Part shown: positions 1 through 17,280 of the stretch, one piece after another
Position numbering within the stretch: position 1 is the first letter of the stretch
How the letters are laid out: the number at the start of each line of letters is the position of its first letter
Assembly: GCF_009914755.1 (NCBI RefSeq)
Contig: NC_060930.1
Reading direction: 5' to 3' (one strand)
Origin: the human T2T-CHM13v2.0 reference genome, Homo sapiens
DNA: 64,000 nt
The notes under the pieces: model-generated
What the model was told of the DNA's origin: nothing
What the model saw: the letters and a program-made list of their open reading frames with translations, nothing else
The model's database searches: none
Made by a program: the position numbers and the translations under genes

Positions 1-615
1 TAGTCAACCATACAGTAACCATTAGACAATGAAAATTTTGCTGTCATCCAGTTGCAGGCGACTCTAACTGTAACTGATGTTTTCTTGCTATATAAGCAGT
101 GAATTCAGATACTTTTAATGGTTCTTGCAAGTATAGTTATTTTATTTTCTGGGAAGTTGAGGAGGGGGCAACACTTCCTTCCTCCCATTCTTCATGCTGA
201 CAAGCTAATATCACTTCATAATCAGACAATAAAAACAAAAATCTTGATACAAGGACCTGACAGAACAGCAAGAAGCGATGTGGAACTCAATACAGCAGGT
301 CCAAGAAGTGACTTAACAAAATCTCACAATCAGAGAATGTTAGAATTCAGCCCAAATCTCTGTATTGATCATCACCTTATTGAGAAGACGAGATATGAAC
401 TGTAAAATTATACTATACTGATTGTATAATAAACGGACATTCAGTTTTCAGCTCATATGTTGTTTCTATAAACTCCCCTGTCAAAAAGTGCATTCAAGTA
501 CATACTGCTATAGTTAGATATCTGGGTTGATTGAGCCCTATCTGATGATAGGCAGGACTCTCATGCCCAAGGAGATGAAATGAAATAGACATCAGTCTCA
601 TGGAAGATTTCTTCT

Positions 616-1325
616 TTTTTTATAACAGTTTTATTGAGATGTAATTCATACGCCATACAGTTCATCCATTTAAAATGTACGATATGATGTTTTTAGTATA
701 TTCACAGAGTTTTAAATCATCAACACAATCAATTTTAGAATATTTTCATTACCCCTGAAAGAAATTTTGTACCCATTTGTCCCATTAGCCATCATTCTTC
801 ATTGCCCACAACCCTAGGCAAACACTAATCTACTTTGCGTCTCTATAGATTTGCCTATTCTGCATATTTCATATAAATAGAATAATATACTATGTGGTCT
901 TTGTGATTGGCTTCTTTCACTGAACATTTTCAAGGTTCATCCATGTTGCAGCAGGTATCAGTACTTCATTCCTTTTTATCAAATAATAGCCTGTTGTATA
1001 GATAATACCGCATGTTATTAATCCACTAATCAATTGATAGACATTTGAGTTGTTCCTACTTTTCAGCTATTATGAATAGTGTTGCTACAAGGAATTCCTG
1101 TATAAGTTCTTGTGGAGACATAGGTTTTCATTTCTTTGGGTTGTATAGCTAGTAGTGAAATTGCTGGGTCATATGATAAACCTATGTTTCACACTTTGAG
1201 GAAATGCCAGATTGTTTTCCAAAGCAGCTGCACCATTTGACATTCTCATCAGCAGTGCAGAGTTCCAATTTCCCCACATCCTTGTCAATATTTGTTATTA
1301 TGTCTTTTTAAATTATAGCTATCCT
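616..1325 (-). mobile_element. Old L1 (L1M) 3' fragment
   Basis: TTTATTGAGATGTAATTCA, TTTCAAGGTTCATCCATGTTG, GAAATTGCTGGGTCATATG, TTTTCCAAAG motifs. Confidence 0.8.
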
Positions 1326-1383
1326 ATTTCATTGTGGTCTAAATATTGCTTTAATGGGAGCTTCTTATTCTTTTTCTGTTTCC

Positions 1384-2004
1384 TTTTTTTTTTTTTTTTG
1401 AGACAGGATTTTGCTCTGTCACCCAGGCTGAAATACAGTGGTGTAATCACGGCTCACTGCAGCCTTGACCTGCAGGATTCAAGTGATCTTCCCACCTCAG
1501 CCTCCCAAATAACTGGGATTGCAGGCATGCACCACCACACATGGCTGACTTTGTTTTTTTTTTTTTTTTTGAGAAGGAGTCTCACTGTGTTGCCAGGCTG
1601 GAGTGCAGTGGTGCAATCTCGCCTCACTGCAACCTCCACCTCCCTCCGCCTCCTAGGTTCGAGTGGTTCTCCTGCCTCAGCCTCCGAGTAGCTAAGACCA
1701 TAGGCACGCGCCACCATGCCCAACTAATTTTTTTTTTTTTTTAGTAGAGACGGTGTTTCACCATGTTGGCCAGGATGGTCTTGATCTCTTGACCTCGTGA
1801 TCTACCCACCTTGGCCTCCCAAAGTGCTGGGATTACAAGTGTGAGCCACTGCGCCAGCCCTCCTAGCTAATTTTTAAATTTTTTGTAGAGACTGGGTCTT
1901 GCTATATTGCTTAAACTGGTCTTGAACTCCTAGGCTCAAGCAATCCTCCTGCATCAAGCCTCCCAAAGTGCTGGAATTGCACGCATAAGACACTGTGCCA
2001 AGCC
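1384..2004 (-). mobile_element. AluJ with an AluSc-like element (1551-1860) nested in its mid A-rich linker
   Basis: The two halves of an older Alu flank a complete Alu carrying GGATGGTCTTGATCTCTTGACCTCGTGAT. Confidence 0.8.
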
Positions 2005-2127
2005 AATGGGGCTTCTTTCTGATTGAGTGTTCTGCAAAATAATTGAATGTTTTTAATTACTTTATATAATATGTACTTTATTAACTTTGTTTACTCACAA
2101 AAATAATCAGATTTGTTATATAAAAAG

Positions 2128-2848
<721 letters not shown>

Positions 2849-4032
2849 CTAAGTGACAGTGACACACTGTCTGAGAAAAACATTAAGGATAACTTTTGAG
2901 CACATTATTATTGTTAGTTATTGATTTTACCAAGAAACTAATGGATAGCATCTATTATGCCTGAATAAGGAGTTTTTGTGTCCTTTGCAATGCTGAAGAC
3001 TGTTGTACACATCTCCTATTAGCTTGTTTTAAGCCAGAGCTTAATTTTTAATAATTCAGTGATGAATCTTATTTAATCTCTTAAACCTCTTGCCTAATTC
3101 TCTTTTACATTATGGGATTAAACACATTAAAAAGAAGATATGGCCAAACAATGACTCACTCTTCTTTCAACGAGATCCCCAAAGGCAGATAGACTAGAAG
3201 AAATGTGGCAGAAGTGAATGAAATACACAAGTCGAAACTCAGATATAAATCATCAGAGGCTCAGTCTATTGACTCCAACTTCCCCTTTCTTTCATGGCAC
3301 AAAAATTAGTCTTAAAGGTTTGCAAATGCTACTCACTGCTGTACTTGCCACAAAATATTCCATATTGCGGCTGACATTACTAACTCACCGTCACAAACTA
3401 TTTGCTTTGAGCTTTCTCTAACAGTAGGGAGAGGTCACACTGAGTCATCTACACTCTCACTCAGTCCCCTGAGAACCCTCAGGAGATTCATTTGCTTGAT
3501 GGCTGGGCAGGATTAGCAATGTAGGGATGGTGGCTGTAGAGTGGGACCTTGGGCTGGTGGACCGTGTGCTCTTTGGGCCCAGGGCTGTATTAGGCTGAGG
3601 AGACTGAAGGAAGAGGCTGAACTCAGACTGGTTGAATGGAGCCCAATCAGGTCAATTTACTATACGGAACCCAGACATGGTGATATTGATGGAGCTCTGT
3701 GTTCTCACTCACTCACTTCCTGATTCTGCCTGGGCTGGTGAAGTGCATTGTGATGGGGTGGGGCTGGAAGGGTCCCTGCTCTGGGGCCACCTGTGTTTTG
3801 CTTCTTCTTAATAAGATCTGGAAAGTTCCCCCACTTTTATACTATGTTCCTTCCAATCACCAGCCTTGTGGGGAGGGTTGGGGAAATAAAATAGGAGCAT
3901 CCCTTATGCCATGATTAAGGGGTGCTAAATAAAGCCCCCCTCTCTGAAAAAACCTGCCATATGGCTCAAGATACCTCCAGGACAACCTCCTTTGAGGCCA
4001 GGCATTGAAAGCAGCTGCAAAAAACCAAATGA

Positions 4033-4209
4033 AGCGGGGTACAATGGCACATGCCTGTAGTCCCAGCTACTCAGGAGGTTGAGGTGGGAGGATCACTTGA
4101 GTCCAGGAGTTCAAAGCTGTAGTGCTCTATGATTGCACCTGTCAGTAACCACTACTCTCTAGCCTAGGCAACATAGTGAGACGCCATCTCTAAAAAAAAA
4201 GAAAAAAAA
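4033..4209 (+). mobile_element. FAM (fossil Alu monomer)
   Basis: Single monomer with the 7SL-like CCTGTCAGTAACCACT segment; TSD-like CAAATGA on both sides. Confidence 0.7.
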
Positions 4210-4767
4210 GCAAATGAGGTTTGGGTGATCTTACATATACACCTATTCTCTGTCATTAACACTTTATCAATTCGGTTTATCAGACTTGCCCAGTGAAACA
4301 TCTGAACTCTGGAAAAAGCACTCTAGACTGTATACTTTTACTGCAACCTCAGGTCCCAGATTTCAACCTTGAGAATTCTGCATATTTCTGCCAATGATAA
4401 TTACAACTGTTGTACTGGAACTTTGTGTAGAAAGTATCAAAATACGATGATATCAAAATGAAACAGTCCATTCTTTACAGCCCACATTCCTTGGCTGGTT
4501 CAGAAGCTGCATTCTTTTTACTGTAAGAAAGCAAAAGCCAAACCAAAATTGGTGGGGGGTGGGGGGAGGGTGCATATTTAAAAACTGTGACCTCTCAGTG
4601 AGCTAAACCAGGACAGAAAAGTGAGAAGGATCATAAAGACTTCAGGGTAGGCCAAGTGCGGTGGCTCACACCTGTAATACCAGCACTTTGGGAGGCCAAG
4701 GCAGGCAGATTACTTGAGCTCAGGAGTTTGAGACCAGCCCGGGCAACATGGTGAAATCCCATCTCTA

Positions 4768-4899
<132 letters not shown>

Positions 4900-6051
4900 T
4901 TACAGCCTGGATGGCAGAGTGAGACCCCATTTCAAAAAAAAAAAAAAAGCAGATTATATGGTGTAAGTTCATGTCTTTGTACATGTGCCCACCTCCCTGT
5001 TCCCACTCCTCCTTTTTTTCCACCTCTCATCCCCCAACTCCTGTGTCCTAGGCAGGCCTGGCTTTCTGAATTCACTTTCACTCCAGCCAGCCATTGCGAT
5101 TGGCAGCCTGATCTATGGAGTGCAGGTGCATCCTAGTCTGACCTCCAGCCATGTGTTAAGCCAAGCAGGACAGGCTCTGCCCCAGCAGGGGTGGAAGATG
5201 GCACTTTGGAGGGTAAGTTCAAAACAGAAGAGTAACGGCAAGCCCACTCGACAACCATACCACATACTTCAATCTAGCTTTGTAACGAAGCCAACATTTT
5301 AATCTCCAAAAATGTAAAAATATAAAATAACAATAATTTCTAAAAAGAATCCTAAGAATCCAAATGGGGGAGGAGACATACTCCTCTATACTGCCCCTCC
5401 CCTGCATCTAGAGTTGCTTTCGGTTCCATCTACCAGTTTTCTGGAGTTCCCTGCCAGAGGCTCAGGGCTTATGGGGAGAGATCCTTAGGGTATTCCTTTT
5501 CCTTTTTATTTTTTAAAGAATTGTGATCTCACTATGTTGCCCAGTGTTCTCAAACTCCCGGACTCAAGGAATCATCCCACTTCAGCCTGCTGAGTAGCTG
5601 GGACTAGAGGCACGCACCACCACGCCAGGCTTCCTAGGGTGTTTCTGACTCAGCCTTTACCGACAGCCTTGCTCAGGCTATGGAACTATTCATCTGTGCA
5701 TGCATATGAGCTGCATCCCCACTCCTTTACACTCTCAAAAAAGAGCACCCTCCATATCTCCCACAACAGTGAATATATAAATTCTTGACACCAATTGAAC
5801 AAGTGTTTCTGTGTCAGACACCAGGAAGGGTACTGAGGTTACAGAAATAAAAGACAATCCATGAATTTTTTGGATGATCTCACAAACAAGTCATGTAAAT
5901 GACTATTACACCATGTATAATAGTGTATTATTCTATAGAATATTCTATATATAGAATTTAAATAATATTTAAATTATTTAATTTAATTTATTATTATTTA
6001 TAATTTTTTTTAAATGCAGTATAATATTTATAATTATTTATAAAAAATTAA

Positions 6052-7050
6052 ATTATTCTATATTCTATATAGAATTATTCTATATATTATTCTATATTCT
6101 ATATAGAATTATTCTACATATTACTCTATATTCTATATAGAATTATTCTACATATTACTCTATATTCTATATAGAATAATTCTACATATTACTCTATATT
6201 CTATATAGAATAATTCTACATATTACTCCATATTCTATATAGAATAATTCTATATATTATTCCATATTCTATATAGAATAATTCTATATATTATTCCATA
6301 TTCTATATAGAATAATTCTATATATTATTCCATATTCTATATAGAATAATTCTATATATTATTCCATATTCTATATAGAATAATTCTATATATTATTCCA
6401 TATTCTATATAGAATAATTCTATATATTATTCCATATTCTATATAGAATAATTCTATATATTATTCCATATTCTATATAGAATAATTCTATATATTATTC
6501 CATATCCTATATAGAATAATTCTATATATTATTCCATATCCTATATAGAATAATTCTATATATTATTCCATATCCTATATAGAATAATTCTATATATTAT
6601 TCCATATCCTATATAGAATAATTCTATATATTATTCCATATCCTATATAGAATAATTCTATATATTATTCCATATCCTATATAGAATAATTCTATATATT
6701 ATTCCATATCCTATATAGAATAATTCTATATATTATTCCATATCCTATATAGAATAATTCTATATATTATTCCATATCCTATATAGAATAATTCTATATA
6801 TTATTCCATATCCTATATAGAATAATTCTATATATTATTCCATATCCTATATAGAATAATTCTATATATTATTCCATATCCTATATAGAATAATTCTATA
6901 TATTATTCCATATCCTATATAGAATAATTCTATATATTATTCCATATCCTATATAGAATAATTCTATATATTATTCCATATCCTATATAGAATAATTCTA
7001 TATATTATTCCATATCCTATATAGAATAATTCTATATATTATTCTATATA
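6052..7050. repeat. AT-rich minisatellite (VNTR), 34-bp unit, ~29 copies
   Basis: Unit ATATAGAATAATTCTATATATTATTCCATATCCT recurs every 34 nt (e.g. 6611, 6645). Confidence 0.95.
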
Positions 7051-7060
7051 ATATACAGCA

Positions 7061-7402
7061 GTGTATTCACGCTGCTGTAAAGATACTACCTGAGACTGGG
7101 TAACTTATAAAGGAAAGAGGTTTAATTGACTCACAGTTCTGCATGGCTAGGGAAGCCTCAGGAAACCTACAATCACGGCGGAAGGGGAAGCAAGGCACTT
7201 TCTTCACAAGGTAGCAGGACAGAGAGCAAGCAAGAGCAGGAAAAACTGCCTCATTATACCATTGGATCTCATGAGAACTCACTATCACAAGAACTTCATG
7301 GGGGAAACCACCCCCATGATCCAATCACCTTCCTCCCTCAACACGTGGGGATTACAATTCGAGATGTGATCTGGTTGGGGGACACAGAGCCAAACCATAT
7401 CA
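7061..7402 (-). mobile_element. MSTA-like MaLR LTR
   Basis: GAGGTTTAATTGACTCACAGTTC...CTCAGGAAACCTACAATCA; ends CCAAACCATATCA. Confidence 0.85.
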
Positions 7403-8418
7403 CACTATATGCTGAATTCTAGAATAGAGGTGCAATGGGTCGTGAGCACATAGAAGAGGAATTGTTTGACTCCATCTAGGGAAGGGAGGGGTTCAAAGCT
7501 TCTTATATAATGCTTTGGCTGCAAAGAACAGTGCCCAATTACAGTGGCCTAAGTAGTAAAGATATTTGCTATCTTACATATAAGAAGTATGGAGCTGAGA
7601 AGTCCAGGGTTAGTGTAGAATGCCATTAAGAACCAGGCTCCTTTTGTCCTGTGCATGACAGGAGAATCATTTTACTTTAAATCTCTTTATTTAAATCATT
7701 TTATTTTAAATCTTCTTCATTGTGAATTTAATATGAGCATTTCATGCTCATATTCATCATTTCTGATTCAGCAGTTCTGAATTTTTTCAGTAGATAAAAT
7801 ACATTTCAGGGTTTTAAAAATGTGATTAACTTACTCAGGCCAAATATGTTTACTTATCCTACGCATGTGACGCAGTACCTTTCAGTTCTGCAGTCATGAC
7901 TGTACATTCCTTGATTGTCCCAAGAGTTGCTGAGTTTACCTTTATAACAACCGTTTTAGAGTCCAGAGGTAATTTCTCTCCAGCTCTAATAAAAATGACA
8001 AACTAGGTCAACTTCATTTGTCTTTGAAGTATGTTAGGAAGAAAAGGCAAGGTTGCAATTTTTTAAACTGTATTTATTTGTTTGATTACATGAGAGTAAT
8101 ACGTCTGTGTTCTAGAAGGTGTGGGCAATAAAGGAGGTTATGCAAGTTGGAAGTAGGAAGAAGGACAAAGGGGGCCTCCTGGAGTTGTGCAGTGCGCAAC
8201 CTATGAGGCCATATGTGACAACCTTATTCTGAACACAGAGCACAGAAATAAAAATGCCCCATGACTCTACCTCCCAACAACAATATTAACATTTTGCTAA
8301 ATTCAGCCCTTCTTCTAGGTATATAGTATGTTTAAATGATGTTATAATGTATAACTGCTTTATAACCTCTTTCACTTATAATTCATTATAAAAATTTTAA
8401 ATACTTAAATATTCTTAA

Positions 8419-8634
<216 letters not shown>

Positions 8635-8824
8635 TAGAGACAGGATTTCGCCCTGTTGGCCAGGCTGGTCTCAGATTCCTGGTCTCAAATGATCCACCCA
8701 CCTCGGCCTCCTGAAGTGCTGAGATTACAGGCATGAGCCACTGGGCCTGGCCTATTTTTTCATCCAACAAACACTTGTATGGTATTTTTATGTGAGCCAA
8801 TATTTTAAGCTCATTAAAATATTA

Positions 8825-9082
<258 letters not shown>

Positions 9083-9142
9083 CTAGGCTACAGAGTGAGA
9101 CCTCATCTCTAAAATAATAATAATAATTAACTCATGCGATCC

Positions 9143-9904
9143 TGCAGAGATATCTTTGTTTGCCCCTCCAGATGCCTCTATCCCCTCTCACCCTGCTCTG
9201 TGCCCTGGAAGGCTGATCTGAATAGACGGCAACAACAGGCTCTGTGACGTCTCCTTCTTCGGGTTTGCCCAGTGAGAGCTGTGGTAGTTTGGATTATCAT
9301 TCCCAACTCTGTAATCTCTCCCTGTGTTAGGATTTTCCATGAAAGTATATGGAATATAAATATCTATTCCATTTATTTTAGGATCAGTCACATGACACAC
9401 TTTGGCCAATGGGATGTTTGTAGACACCCTGAGCAGAGGACTGGAATGGAGTTTCCTTGGGTTGGCCTCTTGGCCACTCTCTCCAAAATGAGAGGCCCAT
9501 GAAGCAGACCTGAATCTGACCCAAAGCCTGAAGCAGAGCAGGCCCAGTCAACTCAGAAGGAAGAAAAACAAATGTTTGTAGTTTGTAGCCACTGAGGTTT
9601 GTGGGTTGTTTGCATATACCATTATTGCAATCAGGGAGTGTAATTACAGGTATCTCAGGAGACAGGAGACTGGATGGTAATGTCAAGGTATGTATGAAGG
9701 GTTACAGGGCTGCTGGGTCCTTTCTTCAAAGCCACAGCTTCTCTCTCCACGTCTCTCCACACCTCTCTCTCTCCAGGTTCCAAGACTACTCAAGTGCTCC
9801 CTAGGACACCCTGCTGTTGCCTCAATAGAATCTCTTTATTAGATTATATTTGAATTACCCAGTTTGAGAGTGTCTTCTGTTTCCTGCCTAAACTCTGAAT
9901 GACA
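9143..9904 (+). mobile_element. LTR33-like ERVL LTR with a nested MLT1 (~9280-9640)
   Basis: TTGCCCCTCCAGAT...CACCCTGCTCTGTGCCC start and TTTGAGAGTGTCTTCTGTTTCCTG...TGACA end; internal TGTGGTAG...GCCACTGAGGTTTGTGGGTTGTTTG segment. Confidence 0.55.
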
Positions 9905-11017
9905 AAAAAAAAAATCCTCATAATCATCTTGTTATATAGGTACTATTATCCCATTTTACTAACAACAAAATTGAAAATCAGAGAGGTTAAGTAACTTGTA
10001 CAAGGTCACGCAGCTAGTAAGTGGCAGAATTGAGATTTGAACCCAGGCAGGCTGGAATCATGCTCACTTCACTATGCCTCTGTGGATCCATCCTGTTATA
10101 ATTCCCTTTACCAGCTCCCTATGGCCAGACATTTAGGTGGTATATATAAGCCTTTTATATATAATAAATAAAACAATGTTACAAAACATTGTTCTGTTTG
10201 CTTGTTTTTCTATTATAAATGCTTCTGTGATGAGAAATCTCTGTATAAATATTTGCTCATATTCAGGGTTAGGAAATTTTCTAAAAATGAAATAGTTGGA
10301 TTAAAGAATATGAATGTCTCTGTTCCCTAACCCATTTTATCTTTCTTTTAAAAATTATTTCCTTCTGACTATAAAATTGATCAGGTACAATTAAAAAATT
10401 CAAGCATTACAGAAGTAAATATCATAGGACACAAACATCCCTGTAATTCTATAGCCTCAAAAAAACCATTGACCAAGATTTGGAAAGTTCTCCTTAGTAG
10501 CAATTAATAGTAATTGTTATTTCTTTTTGTGTGTTTTGAGACAGGATCTCACTCTGTCACCCAGGCTGGAGTGCAGTGGTGCAATTGCAGCTCCCTGCAG
10601 CTTCTACCTCTCGGTTCAAGTGATCCTCCCACCTCAGCTTTCCAAGTAGCTGGAACAACAGGCCCCCACCACCATGCCCTGCTAATTTTTGTATTTGTTG
10701 TAGAGACAGGGTTTTGACACGTTGCCCAGGCTGGAGTAGTTGTTAATTTTCATTATTAAAAAATGAGTAAATGTGTACAGTAGAAATGCATAAGAAAAAT
10801 AAAAAAGAAAAAGATAATTTGTAATGCACAATTCATGCCGTACGTGTGGGTATGTAAACAAACATAGGATCATACTGTGAAAACTGCTTAGTAATATGCT
10901 TTTTAACTTAGCAGTATACATTGTCAGGAATATTTTTCATGTCATTAAATATTCTTCTACAACATCAACTGCATAGTATTCTTCTATAACTGCCTCCTAT
11001 TCAATGGAAGCAATATA

Positions 11018-11758
<741 letters not shown>

Positions 11759-12279
11759 TGACATATCTATTGTACTTTTTACAAATATATTTTTCATGTA
11801 GTCAAATTTAATGTTTATTTGCCTTTTGTGTTATATTTAGAAACATTTTCTTCACCAGAAGATCACATAAACATTCACTGGTACTTGTTCTTTTGTAGCT
11901 TCATGTTTTACACTAAAAGTTGTAAGCCATTTGAAACTTTATGTGCATTCTAATGATCAGCCAGTTCACCCAATATCATTTACTTAATAAACATTTCCCT
12001 AATTGACCTGAACCACATTCATACTACATCAAATTTCCTATATACTTCGGGTTCCCTTTGTGGATTTTTCATTTTGTTCTATTGATTGATCCATTCTGTG
12101 CCAACATCTCACTGCTTAATTACTGTGGTTTAATAACTTTTAACCCCTGGTAGTAGAGTTTTCCTCCTTCATAATTGTTCTTTTTCAAAAATTGCTTACA
12201 CTTTTCTTGAGTGGGTGGTCTAGCAGATAAACTTTAGAATCATTTTGTCACATCCCAAGAAAAATCTTCTTGGAATTTA

Positions 12280-12715
<436 letters not shown>

Positions 12716-14826
12716 CTAAAAATAGGAACGTGCCCAGTAGGGATTTTACCAGATAAAACAGTCCCACCAATCGAGAAACATCTAGTGAGTACCCATAAAG
12801 TGTCCTGCCATCTTGCCAGGATTAAGAGGCTTTTCTGGATGCCGAAACTTTAGTGCTAAAAGTGGGAAAGTCCTGGGCAAACCAGGATGCATTGATCACC
12901 CTAGTGGTCAGGTCTCCCTTTTAAACTCTAAAATGCTGATTCTAGGGTTCTATACATAGGAGAGAACCCTATACATAGGAGAGGTTTGTGTTTATGAGGT
13001 GTTTCCAGTCTAATAGTAGAAACATTGCTTATGAAATGAGGGAATGTGTCCACACTGAATTGTTCTATGAGGACTCATGTTGCAATAGGCTCACCAAAGG
13101 GGAAGGTTGGTTTGAACCAATGACCTTAATGGAGGTGCCTGAACTAGACTCAAGCAACAGAAGGATTTGTATGAGATGGAATTCAAGATGGAGGATGAGC
13201 GGGAGGTAGGAATCAGAGTGCTGTTGCAAGGAAGAGATGGTTTAGCACTCAGTCTCTCACCTGGCACTATCTCTAGTGTTGAACATAGGTTCAATCGAGT
13301 GAAATGCAGTTGGTAACACAGAATTGGGACACGTGTGGAACAACTGTCTAGGGTCCCACATTCTGAAATTCACAAGAGTGAACAATTAGAAATGGGGAAA
13401 ACCATCTAAGAGACCCTCTCCTAAAACACTAAATAAAATAACGTGAAAGTTGTACAGCCAATATGTTTATCTTTTTCTCTTGGTTGCCAGAGTTTTAGAG
13501 CTAAATTTAGTGCCCAGGACAATCTCAAGAACTAGTTCCCATTTACTCCTTCCACTTCCTTTAATCAGGCATTGTTCTTTCATATCCTGAAATATCTTAG
13601 TTTGCATTGCTTTTAAAAAAATTACTGCCCAAAAGATACATTATGGAAAAATTAGCAAATAAAGGCAAATGTAAAGATGAAAGTTAAAATTTCTGAGATT
13701 CCACTTAAATATAACCACTGTTAAATATTTTAGTGTTCCTTCCCACATACACGTATCTGCCAACTTTTGCTTTCTGGATATCATACTGAATATGTTTTCT
13801 AACTTGCTTTTTTAACTTAATACTTCATGAAGATTTTTCCATTTCAATAAAATCTTCTATATCAGCACTCTTAGCTGTTGCATATTATTTCATTTCATGG
13901 CTGCATAATAATTTATTTGACTAGTCTCCTATAAGAATAGGGGTTTTTCTAGGTCCAGTTTTGTTCTGAATTGTGCAGTTGTCTGATCATTTCCTTGAGT
14001 AAAGTCCAAGAACTATAAGCCTTAGGTGAAAGTCTATTTAGAGGTTAAGAGTGAGGTTCTAGGGGACCGATTGCCTAGGCTCAAATGCTTTATTTTCCAG
14101 CTCTGTAGCCATGGGTATCTTCTTTTATCCTTCCAGCCCTTGTTTGGTTTTGTTGTTGTGTTGTTTTGTTTTGTTGAGACAGGGTGTGGATCCGTCACCA
14201 AGGCTGGAGTGCACTGGCACGATCATGGCTCACTGCAGCCTTGACCTCCTGGGCTGACCTCCTGGGCTCAAGCGATCCTCCCACCTCAGCCTCCTGAGTA
14301 GCTGGGACTACAGGCATGCACAACCATGCCAGCTAAATTTTTGTATTCTTTGTAGAGACAGGGGTCTCTCTATGTTGGCCAGGCTGGTCTCAAACTCCTG
14401 GCCTCAAGCAGTCCTCTCACCTTGGCCTCGCAAAGTGCTGGGATTACAGTCATGAGCTACCACGCCTGGCTGCTGTCCTTGTTTTTCATCTGAAAATACA
14501 GGCAATTGTGCCTGCTGCATAGGATTGTTGTGAGGAATTAAATAAGATAATGTTCGTGAAGCACTTAGCACAGTATCCAACCTAGAGTGAGCGCTCAATA
14601 AATATTTTCTGTAATTACGTTGCTTTCTCCAGAAGGATTATATCAATTTTCATTCCTAGGGGCAAAGTCAGGTCCTTTGGGGGAGCTTATAGGATTTAAC
14701 TCACATAAAAATTAAAAAGTAGTAATACATGCTGGTCTTTTGTCCACTAAGATGACAGTGCCAACTTACCTCCACTGGAGGCAATTTCTCCAAGGACACA
14801 GGCTTGTCCTTCCACAAATGTTTTAT

Positions 14827-14845
14827 CCAGTCCCCCTAGTGGCCA
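14827..14845 (-). promoter_or_regulatory. Candidate CTCF site
   Basis: Minus strand reads TGGCCACTAGGGGGACTGG. Confidence 0.5.
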
Positions 14846-15458
14846 ACAGGATGAACTTCCAAGATTAGTTCTCTAACCCTGTTAGAAAACTAACATTGTT
14901 CTTTCAGGGTTAATTCACAAAAGGGAAATAAAGTAACCTCAATTTTTTTTTTTGAAAGAACATTTATAATGACCCAAGTAATATCCTTCAAAATCTTCAC
15001 AGACTACTGCTTTCTAAATGTTGCTAGCTTTGTTTTCCAGATACCTACAGTTTGCTCCCAGGGAAGGATTACAAATCTGGCTAAAGCAGTGATTCAATCT
15101 TTTTCAGGATACTGAGACTCAATCTTGCCTGAGCCTCAGTAACCTGAAAAACAGAGATTCTCCAGAGATTCTGATTTAACTGGACAGTAGTGTGCCTGAG
15201 GATCAGATTTTTAAAAGCTCCCCAGGAGATGCTAGTGGTCAGCTGAGGCTGAGAACCACTAGGCTAAAGAAAATGGTCATCAGCTGGGCTCAGTGGCTCA
15301 CGCCTGTAATCCCAGCACTTTGGGGGATCGAGGCAGGTGGATCGCCTGAGACCAGCCTGGGCAACATGGCAAAACCGTCTCTACAAAAAATGCAAAAATT
15401 AGGCAGTCTCATTAACCCGCCTCAAAAAAAAAAAAGTTAAAAAGTTAAATAAAATTTA

Positions 15459-15780
<322 letters not shown>

Positions 15781-15964
15781 TTAAAGGAAAGAAAATGGGC
15801 AGGGATATGTCCTCAAATTCATTTTAACCTGTTTTCCATCCAATCCTCAATCAGACAGGCTTGGGAGAAGTTACTTCCTCTCTCACCTCTTTCTCTGCTC
15901 TTAGGAGGGGTCCAAAAAAAAATGAACAACCAGCGTAAGTAATCCCCATGTGTCTGCTACTCTA

Positions 15965-16220
15965 GTTGCCACTGACCATCTAGAAATAAAGTATGAACCA
16001 CAAATGTGAGCTACACATGAAATTTTAAATTTTCTAGTAGTCAAATTTAAAAAGATAAAGAGACGAGTGAAATACATTTTAACAATATATTTAATTTAAC
16101 CCAAATATATCCAAAACAATATGTTTCAATGTGTATTTAATATGAAGCATTATGAACTATTTTATGTTTCTTTTTTATAGTAAGTCTTTTTGATATCTGG
16201 TGTGTATTTTACACTCACAG
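15965..16220. mobile_element. MER3/MER33-like hAT element
   Basis: TTTTAAATTTTCTAGTAG...AATATATCCAAAA...TGGTGTGTATTTTACACT. Confidence 0.6.
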
Positions 16221-16768
16221 TTCATAAGGATCCATGAAACACCTATTATAGGCCAGGTGCAGTGGCTCACACTTATAATCCCAGCACTTTGGGAGGCCAA
16301 GGCGGGCAGATAATTTGAGGTTAGGAGATCGAGACCAGCCTAGCCAACATGGTGAAACCCCATCTCTACTAAAAATACAAAAATTAGCTGGGCATGGTGG
16401 TGAGCGCTTGTAGTCCCAGTTACTCAGGAGGGGGAGGCAGGAGAATCACTTGAACCCGACAGAGGCAGAGGTTGCAATGAGCCAAGATTGAGTCAATGCA
16501 CTCCAGCCTGGACGACAGAGACTCTGTCTCAAAAAAAAAAAAAAGGAAGAAACACCTATTACACTGCTGGGTAATTAGTACACTCTCAGCAATGCTCAGT
16601 TCCTTCTTTCTCAAGTGGAGGAGATGTACCAGGTCAGGGATATACCAGATCAGGTGTTAGGTGGAGTGAGGAGTGACTCCTAATTTTCCTCTGAAATGGT
16701 GTCTTTCAACCATTTTAGCCCGTGTTGCCTTTTGTTCCCTTCCTTTTTTTTTTTTTTTTTTTTTCTGA

Positions 16769-17065
<297 letters not shown>

Positions 17066-17280
17066 TAAAACGTCTTCCTCATTTTGAGGCTTCTGTCTAA
17101 ACCTTGGATGAGCCTTGCATTAATTAAGGGTTTTAAATTAAAAATAATTTCTTTCTCATTACAAAAACTATATGTGCTTCTTAGACAAAAATCAGAAAAT
17201 ATAGAAAAGCAGAAAGAAGAACCACCAGATTCTCACCATCTGCAGGACAATCAGTCTAACACCTAGGATATATCCTCACA

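Noticed and set aside
118-405. 95-aa ORF at the window start
   Set aside because: No recognisable homology or supporting splice structure.
6052-7050. Regular palindromic repeats resembling a CRISPR array
   Set aside because: No unique spacers (units are head-to-tail near-identical), eukaryotic context, and no cas genes.
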